A stretch of 64,000 bases of DNA. Source: Octopus vulgaris. Its lineage: Eukaryota. The DNA lies in the NCBI GenBank assembly GCA_951406725.2, contig OX597821.1, forward strand, positions 86,862,001 to 86,926,000. Direction: 5' to 3'. Position numbers and translations under genes: made by a program. Below, in pieces: positions 56,331 through 63,704 of the stretch. Under the pieces are notes generated by a model. It searched no databases and had not been told where the DNA came from. It saw only the letters and a program-made list of their open reading frames with translations. How positions within the stretch are numbered: position 1 is the stretch's first letter; the number at the start of each line of letters is the position of its first letter.

Positions 56331-56373
<43 letters not shown>

Positions 56374-56689
56374 CACATATACACATATATAAATACATAT
56401 ATACACATATGCATACACATTAATACACATACATATGTATATGTACATATACATGCATATCTGTACACACATATACACACGTGTATATATACATATATAC
56501 ACACACATGTATATATATACACACATGTACATAGACATGTATATATACACACATATGTATATATATATATATATATATAATAGAAATATTAAAATTACTA
56601 AGTCTCTCTAAAAGAGAACAACGGCAGCGTTCCCGGAAAATATTAGTTATCGCCATACTATTTATAAGAATGCCATATTAGTATGGCGA

Positions 56690-56757
<68 letters not shown>

Positions 56758-59624
56758 CATGTATATATACACACATATATACATACACATATATAGATAC
56801 ACACACATATACATGCAAATGCATATATATAGATGCATGCAAGTACATACATATATATATATATATGATTATACACATATGTATACATAATACATATATA
56901 CACACATGCAAATGTATATACATGTAAGCGTCTGTGTATACACATACAGAGGAGGGCAAGTCAGAAAGTAATGTAATTTTTATTTGCATTGCTTTCTGGC
57001 TTGTACACACACATACATACATACAAATGCATTCATACATATATACACATTTGTATACATATATGTACACACTGTCATCGTTTTTAACATCAATTTTTCC
57101 ATGTTTGCATGGTTCAGACAAAACTTGTTGAGGTATATATTCTCTATAGCCGGACACCCTTCCTGTTGCCAACCATTACTTATTTCCAAGTAATGTTATA
57201 TTTCCCCCATGGTTGGACATTTTTTCACAGAAGACTGTAAAGAAAGGACACCACTTGTATGATGACAGCATACATCTACAAGTAACACATGATGTCAAGA
57301 CATAAAAAAAAAACTCATACACATTGCACACACACACAACGAGCCTTTTTAAAGTTATTGTCCATCAAATCCACTCACATGGTTTTGTTAGGCCCAGAGC
57401 TATTGCACACAGCACTTACCTTCTTACTCACTAGTCATCCTTCTATCTATCTACCAATCTCTCTCCCTATAAAAGTGTGTGTGTGTGTGTTTCTGGTCTA
57501 AAGATCTTTGACAATATACAAAAATACTTTGAAATAAGCATACACTCATAAGGTATCATTTCATTTATAGAACATACAAAGGGTCTACATACAAAATTTA
57601 TTGAGTTCTTTACTGAGCTGTAGTTTTTCTTCAATTTTGGGGAATTACAGAAGGTGTGTGTGTGTTTATGCAAATATTGTAACAACAAGCCCACAGGATA
57701 TTATTTTACAATGCTTATATCAATCACCTGACTTTAAGGTGTTTAATTCTTTATTGTGGCTGAGAGTCATCCTTGTCACAAATAACAGACTACCCAATAT
57801 ACACACAAACGCACATATATCACCGCCCACCACCACTGAATTCCTTTGATCAACTAGAATCTGAAATGATTTCCAATACTATAAATTCATTTATAAATGT
57901 ATATCTTTATATATAAAAGTGAAGTTGTGTGAGTGTCTGTCTCCTACGATTTAGATTCCTAACTACTCCCACATTTTGCGGTGCAGTGTAACCAAAAGCG
58001 GGTATCTTATAGTCGTGATTCATATCGAGCCCTTCTGGGTATTAGCGCGCATCTACAATGAGTCTACGATTTAAAAAAAAAATTTACCATCATTTTTTCC
58101 CATTTTTAATGCATTTTTTAGCTATTATATAAGGGAAGTAACTCTCTAAAAATGTATTATTAAATCTCAGAACGTAAAAAGCTACAGTAACACCCCCCTT
58201 TGTGGTTAGCCATATTGAGATGGCTCTTATACTTTACATCTCTAAAAATGCTTATATAGTTATTTCCCTTACAAACCCGAGCAACGCCGGTCGATACTGC
58301 TAGTATTTAATAAAAATATACGTATCCAGACTGACACACACATACTTATATACAAAAATTTGGTGTGGTTCCCTATTACCATTATACATAGACATCGACT
58401 GAGTCTGATTTGCCCAAAATATGAAGTCTAAGTTCAAGTGACTTGCAATTTGTAGGTAGAAAATGAAATAAGCAAAAATCATTTATTCAGACTATCAAGC
58501 TCATCGTAAGATAGCTTTTGTACATGCATGTGTGTACAACTGACAACTACTTAATCTAAATTACCTAGTATTTTTACCAATAAGGAAGCTTCTCTTTTCT
58601 TATACTCTTAACATTATACTTTGTATATTTGTTTCAGTATATTTTAGCCCAAAACATTCCCAACATAAAGTTGTTGTAGTGTGTGTGTATATATATATAT
58701 GTTTCAGTCATTACGTGCCAGACAAGGCTGGCAAACGGCCATATTCGGATGGTGTTTTTTACGTGCTACCGGCATGGAAGCCAGTCAGTCAGAGCGGCGC
58801 TGGCTATGGCCACGTTCGAATGGTTCTCTTACGTGCCACCGGCACTATATATATATATATATATATCATCTAAGAATCCATATGTTAGAAAAAGAAACAG
58901 ACAATCGTATATTTAATCAGCAGTGGGTATATTGATATTTATACAATACAATATTATAGAATCATTTCAGTTGATCTAACCAATTGGTTTCAAGTATTGG
59001 GATTGGGGTTTTCTAACTCTTAAGTGCAAAACTAATTGGTGAAATCATCTGATGTGGATCAGTATAATATATTACATTGTACATATATTAATATATATTC
59101 ACACACATCTATATACATATATCTGTAAAGGTGTGTATGTATGTGTGTGCATGCATTGTTTTAATTTGCCTCTAACATGCCCTTAATTTAAATTTAATAA
59201 TATATTGCAAGAATTTAGACCAACCTTCAACAAATTTTGACTGTGTAGCAATTTAAGCAATCTTTCTACAAACCCCTCATGTTGCTCATGGGGCCCCTTC
59301 TTTATACATTATTTTATTTTTACTAATATATATATATATATAATTTACAAAATGAGGGCAGAAGAAAAATTCTAATGCCAAATATGCCGAAAAAAAGACA
59401 AAAATTGTCAATAACCATAATAGTTTATAATTATAATGGTTATTGACAATTTTTGGGGTTTTTTTCGGCATATTTGGCATTAGAATTTTTCTTCTGCCCT
59501 CACTTTGTAAATTATTTATAAATTTACCCTTTAAAGGTATTTTTTGATATGCTGGCCATTGATAACATTTTTTTCCCGAAAAACATTTTATCCTACATTA
59601 GTTATATATATATATATATGTGTG

Positions 59625-59657
<33 letters not shown>

Positions 59658-62600
59658 TCTTTATTGTTTTGTGCATGGTCATGAGGGATAGGACAGGAGA
59701 AGGATGAGGGAAGGATTTAAGTGAACATTTTAGAAGTAGAGATACAACTTTTTAATTAGTGTTGGGGGAGAAGATCGTGAGGTGGTTAAAGCAGGTGATT
59801 CGGTGGGTTAACACTACTGAGAAAAGAAGCCATACAAGAAGTGGATTGAGAGGGATCAACTTACCTAAAGTAGCTGAACGTTACAAAACAGCAGAAAAGG
59901 CCGATAATGGAGAGAATACAGCCAACGAAAGTGATAATGTACAGGGCATCAACATGTGGGCCAGGGGGCTGGAAAAAGAAAAATATAAAGAAAAATATTA
60001 GTGAGAATGGTGCTGGTCGTATTAATTACAAAGATAATTGCAATGATGATGATGATGGTAGTGATGGTGTGGATACTGCTAATGTATATTTCGATACTGC
60101 CCACAAGGGGCTAAACATAGAGGGGACAAACAAGGACAGACAAAGGGATTATGTCGATTACATCGACCCCAGTGCGTAACTGGTACTTTATTTATCGATG
60201 CCCGAAAGGATGAAAGGCAAAGTCGACCTTGGCGGAATTTGAACTCAGAACGTAACGGCAGACGAAATACCTATTTCTTTACTGCCCACAAGGGGCTAAA
60301 CATAGAGGGGACAAACAAGGACAGACAAAGGGATTAAGTCGATTACATCGACCCCCCAGTGCGTAACTGGTACTTTATTTAATCGACCCCCAAAAGGATG
60401 AAAGGCAAAGTCGACCTCGGCGGAATTTGAACTCAGAACGTAACGGCAGACGAAATACGGCCACGCATTTCGCCCCCCGGCGTGCTAACGGTTCTGCCAG
60501 CTTTGATAACATTAAAGAGAGAAACAACAACAAAAATTACTACTACCACCACCACTACAGCTATAACTACAACAACTGCAATTACAACAACAGCAACAAG
60601 AGTCACAACCACAACAATCATAACAAACATACATAGCAACAACGGATATGTCTGCAACAATAACAACTAAAACAACAGTAATATTAGTTTGGTTTGATAA
60701 ACAACAAAGCCCAGTTCGATTTTTACATAGTCGTGTTATATATTTCATGTACAGACTGAAAGATGAAGTGCAATCCAGAAGTTAAACTGTTACACTGCAT
60801 GAATTTTACTATTTATCCCAGTATAACTCAAGAACAAGACAATAAACTTATTGAAAAGAACAATATCAGTGTTTGGTATTGTTCTCTTTTTTTTTTTTTT
60901 TTCAATGACAAGAATAAATTTTAATAATTACTATTAAAAGTTAAACCCAAGTCACAAACTCTGCATAAAGGTGACTGAAATAACACAGTACCATATTTTG
61001 ACATGTATAAGGAAGCCTTAATTTTGGGGGCTTAACCTTTTCATTACCATATTTATTTTGAGATGCTTTGTATTTCTTTCAATTAATTTTAAATATAACA
61101 AAGAATTTAGTAAAATAACTTAGTTATCATTAAGCCACTGTTAGGAATATAAATTGTGACTAAGGTTTGGTGGAAGATTTTAATTCAAAACTTATGAAAA
61201 CAAGACATTTGTACTCAAGAGCCAGAGCCGCTTTCAGCCGGGTTGGTAATGAAAGGGTTAGAATTTGGAAAAACAGTTTTGTAAGGGATTATAACACTAA
61301 CCATGTATAAGAAAATCCCATATTTTTTAAATCCAATTTTTGACAAAAAAGGGTTCCTTATACACATTAAAATAGGGTGTATTATATTACTGGTACTAAT
61401 ACTATTGACAATGGAGGAATTTTAATCAAGAAAAAGATATTAAAAATCCAATAAACAAAGTTGATCTTGACAGAATTTAAAGCTAGAATGTAAGTAAACA
61501 GCTGCAAGAAATGCTAAGAATTTTTCTTAATGTACTAAAGATTTTACCAGCATTCCACCCTAATAGTAATAATCCTTTCTACTAAAGGCCCAAAGCCTGA
61601 AATTTGGTGGGAAGGTACAAGTTGATTACATCAACCCCAGTGTTTCACTGGTACTTGATTTATCGACTCTGAAAGGATGAAAAGCTAAGTCGACCTTGGA
61701 GGAATTTGAACTCAGAATGTAGCAACAGGTGAAATACCACTAAGCATTTTGTCCAGTGTGCTAACAATTCTGCCAGCAGGCCACCTTAATAATAATCCTT
61801 TCTGCTGGAGGCACAAGGCCTCAGATTTGTGGGGAGGGGACTAGTCAATTACACTGACCCTAGTATTTCACTGGTACTCAACTTATTGACCCCACAAGGA
61901 TGAAAGGCAAAGTCGACCTTGGCAGAGTTTGAACTTTAAACGTAGAGACAGGTGAAATACAGCTAAACATTTCGTCCAGCATGCTAACAATTCTGCCAGC
62001 TTCCCACCTCAATAATAATAACGATAATTATAATTATAATGGGATGAATGGCTAAGCTGATCTCAGCAGGATTTGAATACAGTATGTAACGAGCAGGAAG
62101 AGATATTGCAAGTCATTTTGTGCAACACTCCAAAGCTCTATAATAATTTTAACCTGGGCACGAGGTGGGAAATTCGAAGAAGGAGGTTAGTCAATTAATA
62201 CTTTATTTTAAAGATGACCATGGCTTTCTAAAGTCAGAATGGATGGAATGGAAGCACTCCGTCGGTTACGACGACGAGGGTTCCAGTTGATCCGAATCAA
62301 CGGAACAGCCTGCTCGTGAAATTAACGTGTAAGTGGCTGAGCACTCCACAGACACGTGTACCCTTAACGTAGTTCTCGGGGATATTCAGCGTGACACAGA
62401 GAGTGACAAGGCCGGCCCTTTGAAATACAGGTACAACAGAAACAGGAAGTAAGAGTGAGAGAAAGTTGTGCTGAAAGAGTACAGCAGGGATCACCACCAT
62501 CCCCTGCCGGAGCCTCGTGGAGCTTTTAGGTGTTTTCGCTCAATAAACACTCACAACGCCCGGTCTGGGAATTGAAACCGCGATCCTATGACCGCGAGTC

Positions 62601-63611
62601 CGCTGACCTAACCACTGGGCCATTGCGCCTCCACTAAAGTCAGAATATAAAGAGGCAGAATGAAAACCACTTAGAAAACAACAATATTATAACTGATGAT
62701 GTCACCTTGGTGCCAATGAAGTCCATAAGTACAGCAAAGCTAGTTAGATGGTTACATTTACAAGCTGTGTGGGTCATATTGGTGGACAAAAGCTGACAGC
62801 CTTTTCTGGACCAACGGCCATCCATGTTTCGCCTGTCGAAGAAAAGCAGAAAGCTCAGCAAAATTATAGAATAAAGAGAAGACATTAAAGCACATACATA
62901 GAGAGATACATATTAAAAAGGATGAAGCCTTTTTCTCTACAGAAAAAAACTCCATCAGGAATTGTGGCAGTATATTAAAAGAACCTTTATGGTTAAAAAT
63001 TATAAATATCTTATAAGCAAGGGCTAAAGAATGTTATTCTAAAGCCAATATACTGATATTCCATATTTAATCTACTTGCTACAGAAAGTTGAACTGAAAT
63101 TCGGGCAACTAATATTCTCTCGTAAGCTCAACTGAAGACGAACGAATCCTTATGTGGTTAATTCCGAAATTGATTCAATATTGAGATAATGAAATTTAAA
63201 TGTTCCAAAGGTTTAGTTGCCCGAATTTCAGTTCAACTTTCTTTAGAGAGATACATATGTAGAGAATCATCGATACAATGCCAGTAAACACATAATTACA
63301 TTTACAATGACACCAACAACATATTCATAAAAATACCCTTACAAATATATCAATAAAATAGCTAAGTACACACGAAGCATGGAACAAACTGCCGGCATCA
63401 GTTGTTAGTTGTCGGAGCACTGCATCCTTCAAAACTTCCATGCTTTCTGAGATTCGCCAACACTACACCTGATTTTCTCCCCTCCATACACACACAAGCA
63501 TGTATCTGACTCATACATTGTTCGCTTTCCAGACATTTGTACATTACTGCATATACTCTATATGCACTTTCTGACAAGTTGTGGTGCACCTGAGCACTGT
63601 ATACAATAATT

Positions 63612-63642
<31 letters not shown>

Positions 63643-63704
63643 AACAGATCAACTTACACTGTATAATTCCAAAATACACATTTGGCATTCCGTGGGTCTT
63701 GATC
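8694..63704 (-). CDS. ADGRL: Latrophilin/Cirl-like adhesion GPCR, 5'-partial spliced gene: join(63704-63658, 62832-62706, 59968-59865, 44573-44471, 37356-37206, 35055-34989, 34456-34390, 33872-33778, [23332-23258 optional], 13104-12936, 12137-12012, 10319-10250, 9559-8694)
   Basis: All exons have AG/GT boundaries with matching phases and give one open frame of 1992 nt. The protein has a GPS motif (CVFW...W...GC...[13 protein letters not shown]) and family-B2 7TM motifs ([44 protein letters not shown]). The specific ortholog cannot be fixed without the N-terminus. Confidence 0.93.
9795..9922. mobile_element. Small Tc1/mariner-type MITE
   Basis: Imperfect TIRs of about 27 bp (aggtgtgtatgaaaagtcttgagcctt / aaggctcaaaacttttcatacacccct), TA-flanked. 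Confidence 0.55.
9957..10170 (-). mobile_element. Possible Penelope-like element remnant with a minimal hammerhead-like motif (10057-10094)
   Basis: Minus strand reads TCTTT-CTGTCGA-A-GAGC-GTAG-GCTC-GAAAC-GTA-AAAGA; flanked by TA-rich repeats. Confidence 0.5.
10250..10319 (-). CDS. ADGRL: ADGRL-like exon, cytoplasmic tail ([23 protein letters not shown])
   Basis: attgcag acceptor, gtaagt donor, 70 nt, phase 0/1; bridges the phase-0 end of the helix-8 exon to the phase-1 last exon. Confidence 0.85.
10695..11128 (+). mobile_element. Repeat family C (SINE-like, internal tandem units of about 60 bp, (GAT)n tail)
   Basis: 3-4 tgccggtggcacgtaaaaagcacc units, then ggttggcgttaggaagggcatccagctgtag (resembles the Meta-SINE central domain from memory), then aaacgatgatgatg. 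Confidence 0.8.
11150..11400 (-). mobile_element. CR1-like LINE 3' end, family 2, diverged
   Basis: Homologous to 63377-63640 and 36545-36895. Confidence 0.7.
12012..12137 (-). CDS. ADGRL: ADGRL-like exon, helix 8 and proximal tail ([42 protein letters not shown])
   Basis: ttccaacag acceptor, gtagg donor, 126 nt, phase 0/0. Confidence 0.92.
12467..12885 (+). mobile_element. SINE family A
   Basis: Full-length copy ending about 50 bp from the TM6-7 exon donor. Confidence 0.9.
12936..13104 (-). CDS. ADGRL: ADGRL-like exon, TM6-TM7 ([56 protein letters not shown])
   Basis: tatttcag acceptor, AAG/gtaat donor, 169 nt, phase 2/0; not in the ORF track. Confidence 0.95.
14278..14666 (+). mobile_element. 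SINE family A
   Basis: Full-length copy. Confidence 0.9.
14972..15326. mobile_element. Foldback element in (TA)n: inverted arms of about 135 bp, 26-nt loop, unique tail of about 58 bp
   Basis: 14972-15108 is the near-perfect reverse complement of 15135-15268. Confidence 0.85.
16267..16528. mobile_element. Foldback element in (TA)n: inverted arms of about 53 bp, spacer of about 80 bp, tail of about 75 bp
   Basis: 16267-16319 versus 16402-16454, one mismatch. Confidence 0.8.
16573..17297. mobile_element. Two diverged family C copies in opposite orientation (16573-16740 minus; 17005-17297 plus)
   Basis: ggatgcccttcctaacgccaacc motif; gatgatgat tail. Confidence 0.65.
17555..17810 (+). mobile_element. 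tRNA-derived SINE family D, diverged (related pieces at about 24590-24770 and 53350-53520, minus)
   Basis: tggctcagtggttag A-box-like head; shared cactttatttcac...cagctg...gagttgc body. Confidence 0.6.
22513..22863. repeat. Minisatellite, unit of about 26-28 bp (atacttatatacatccatacatacacac), about 12 copies
   Basis: Directly visible tandem array. Confidence 0.9.
23238..23243 (-). promoter_or_regulatory. RBFOX-type splicing element TGCATG downstream of the candidate cassette exon
   Basis: catgca on the + strand, 15-20 nt into the downstream intron. Confidence 0.5.
23258..23332 (-). CDS. ADGRL: Candidate alternative ICL3 cassette exon ([26 protein letters not shown])
   Basis: Polypyrimidine tract plus ctgcag acceptor, gtaaga donor, 75 nt, phase 2/2, no stops; GC-richer island in an AT-rich intron; TGCATG 15-20 nt downstream. 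Confidence 0.72.
26361..26592 (+). mobile_element. SINE family B (central gcctttcatcctttcggggtcgataaattaagtaccag, resembling the Nin/Deu domain)
   Basis: agctggcagaaacgttag head and gagttcaaattc B-box; multiple copies in the window; domain name is from recall. Confidence 0.85.
27046..27428 (+). mobile_element. SINE family A
   Basis: Full-length copy. Confidence 0.9.
28468..28725 (-). mobile_element. CR1-like LINE 3' end, family 1
   Basis: Encodes [32 protein letters not shown], a CR1 ORF2 C-terminal motif; (AACT)n tail; homologous to 54560-54976. Confidence 0.85.
29612..30000 (-). mobile_element. SINE family A
   Basis: Full-length copy, inverted relative to 27046-27428. Confidence 0.9.
30456..30844 (+). 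mobile_element. Non-autonomous Helitron
   Basis: A|TC 5' end, subterminal GC hairpin cccgagcaacgccggg, CTAG|T 3' end, no TSD; second copy at 57904-58303. Confidence 0.85.
31349..31536. mobile_element. (TA)n-embedded element, relative of 59330-59602 without the foldback
   Basis: Shares tttcggcatatttggcattagaa...tatgctggccattgata...ttttatcctacattag. Confidence 0.75.
33778..33872 (-). CDS. ADGRL: ADGRL-like exon, TM5-ICL3 ([33 protein letters not shown])
   Basis: tcttccag acceptor, gtaagt donor, 95 nt, phase 0/2. Confidence 0.92.
34390..34456 (-). CDS. ADGRL: ADGRL-like exon, ECL2-TM5 ([22 protein letters not shown])
   Basis: ttgcag acceptor, gtaagt donor, 67 nt, phase 2/0; CWL motif. Confidence 0.93.
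34989..35055 (-). CDS. ADGRL: ADGRL-like exon, TM4-ECL2 ([22 protein letters not shown])
   Basis: ttcttcag acceptor, gttagt donor, 67 nt, phase 1/2. Confidence 0.92.
36545..36895 (-). mobile_element. CR1-like LINE 3' end, family 2
   Basis: Homologous to 63377-63640; (TAA)n-type tail. Confidence 0.8.
37206..37356 (-). CDS. ADGRL: ADGRL-like exon, TM3-ICL2 ([51 protein letters not shown])
   Basis: ttccag acceptor, G/gtagg donor, 151 nt, phase 0/1. Confidence 0.95.
37968..38180 (+). mobile_element. SINE family B, diverged
   Basis: Homology to 26361-26592 and 37-245. Confidence 0.7.
38858..39417 (-). mobile_element. Internally deleted mariner transposon (transposase pseudogene)
   Basis: TIRs of about 30 bp (ttgggttgtccggaaagtttgtgccaattt / aaattggcatgaactttccggacaatccaa), TA TSD; N-terminus [15 protein letters not shown] joined to C-terminus [15 protein letters not shown]...W...NGSY. 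Confidence 0.93.
43000..43145 (+). mobile_element. SINE family B fragment
   Basis: gactttgtctttcatcttttcgggatcgata...gtgccaaaattttgaaacc. Confidence 0.65.
44471..44573 (-). CDS. ADGRL: ADGRL-like exon, ICL1-TM2 ([34 protein letters not shown])
   Basis: ctgcag acceptor, gtaagt donor, 103 nt, phase 2/0; RNTIHKNL motif typical of latrophilins. Confidence 0.95.
45514..46135. mobile_element. Foldback MITE of about 620 bp with inverted telomeric-type repeats, Merlin- or hAT-like
   Basis: TIR ggatcttttccttttgaac / gttcaaaaggaagagatct; inner inverted arms about 45712-45820 versus 45863-45953; 8-bp TSD gcagattc/acagattc. Confidence 0.8.
46165..46440 (-). mobile_element. Degraded RTE-like LINE 3' end
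   Basis: [16 protein letters not shown]...ASDR motif typical of RTE ORF2 C-termini. Confidence 0.5.
47038..47578. mobile_element. Head-to-head pair of family C elements (47038-47363 minus; 47370-47578 plus)
   Basis: (CAT)n at the left, (GAT)n at the right, complementary ggatgcccttcctaa / ttaggaagggcatcc cores. Confidence 0.85.
48272..48634 (+). mobile_element. SINE family A, older diverged copy
   Basis: Colinear homology with 27046-27428. Confidence 0.75.
49089..49239 (+). mobile_element. 5'-truncated RTE-like LINE insertion with TSD
   Basis: Encodes [43 protein letters not shown]; (GAT)n tail; tgtaatatttag repeated on both sides. Confidence 0.75.
51720..51947 (+). mobile_element. piggyBac-type (TTAA) MITE nested in an older related copy (about 51630-52076)
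   Basis: TTAA|CCCTTTTGTTAC ... GTAACAAAATGG|TTAA; homologous to 61032-61260. Confidence 0.75.
54560..54976 (+). mobile_element. CR1-like LINE 3' end, family 1
   Basis: [24 protein letters not shown]...RGHSKKL...WNKLP, with an in-frame stop. Confidence 0.9.
55810..56940. repeat. Compound (TA)/(CA)/(TACA) microsatellite array of about 1.1 kb, interrupted at 56578-56695
   Basis: Directly visible. Confidence 0.95.
57904..58303 (+). mobile_element. Non-autonomous Helitron, second copy
   Basis: A|TC...hairpin...CTAG|T; homologous to 30456-30844. Confidence 0.85.
59330..59602. mobile_element. Foldback element in (TA)n: inverted arms of about 85-90 bp plus a tail of about 85 bp
   Basis: aatttacaaaatgagggcagaagaaaaattctaatgccaaatatgccgaaaaaaa...aaccat versus atggttatt...tttttcggcatatttggcattagaatttttcttctgccctcactttgtaaatt. 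Confidence 0.85.
59865..59968 (-). CDS. ADGRL: ADGRL-like exon, TM1 ([35 protein letters not shown])
   Basis: ttttccag acceptor, AG/gtaagt donor, 104 nt, phase 0/2; not in the ORF track. Confidence 0.93.
60095..60502 (-). mobile_element. SINE family B with tandem duplication of its 3' segment (about 185 bp)
   Basis: actgcccacaaggggctaaacatagagggg...gaactcagaacgtaacggcagacgaaatac present twice, nearly identical. Confidence 0.85.
60520..60680. repeat. Degenerate (CAA/TAA/CTA)n trinucleotide repeat
   Basis: Directly visible. Confidence 0.8.
61032..61260 (+). mobile_element. piggyBac-type (TTAA) MITE
   Basis: ttaaccttttcattacc ... ggtaatgaaagggtta; homologous to 51720-51947. Confidence 0.75.
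61572..62010 (-). mobile_element. Two tandem SINE family B copies
   Basis: 61572-61787 and 61792-62010, each with the full family B structure. Confidence 0.8.
62236..62635 (-). mobile_element. Young tRNA-derived SINE, family E
   Basis: Minus-strand head ggaggcgcaatggcccagtggttagg (A box) ... ggtttcaattccc (B box); CpG-rich; (CCATT)-like tail; diverged relative near 31560-31880. Confidence 0.85.
62706..62832 (-). CDS. ADGRL: ADGRL-like exon, GPS cleavage site and Stachel ([42 protein letters not shown])
   Basis: gacag acceptor, AAG/gtgac donor, 127 nt, phase 2/0; canonical HL/T autoproteolysis triad. Confidence 0.95.
63083..63242 (+). mobile_element. Element with perfect 30-bp inverted repeats enclosing a hammerhead-like motif (possible Penelope-like remnant)
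   Basis: agaaagttgaactgaaattcgggcaactaa / ttagttgcccgaatttcagttcaactttct; inside: CTCAA-CTGAAGA-...-GAAA-TTGATTCAATA-TTGAG. Confidence 0.65.
63377..63640 (+). mobile_element. CR1-like LINE 3' end, family 2
   Basis: [30 protein letters not shown], then a 3' UTR and (ATT)n tail ending about 17 bp from an exon donor. Confidence 0.85.
63658..63704 (-). CDS. ADGRL: ADGRL-like exon, GAIN/GPS start ([16 protein letters not shown])
   Basis: ttttctag acceptor, gtaagt donor, 47 nt, phase 0/2; CxFW of the GPS motif; joins the next exon in frame. Confidence 0.9.

Noticed and set aside
55744-57193. Cluster of overlapping ORFs up to 219 aa
   Set aside because: Compound microsatellite artefacts
59759-60179. 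Plus-strand ORFs overlapping the TM1 exon
   Set aside because: Antisense shadows of the real exon and the adjacent SINE
62560-62635. tRNA-like sequence
   Set aside because: Head of a tRNA-derived SINE that continues into a SINE body; no complete cloverleaf seen
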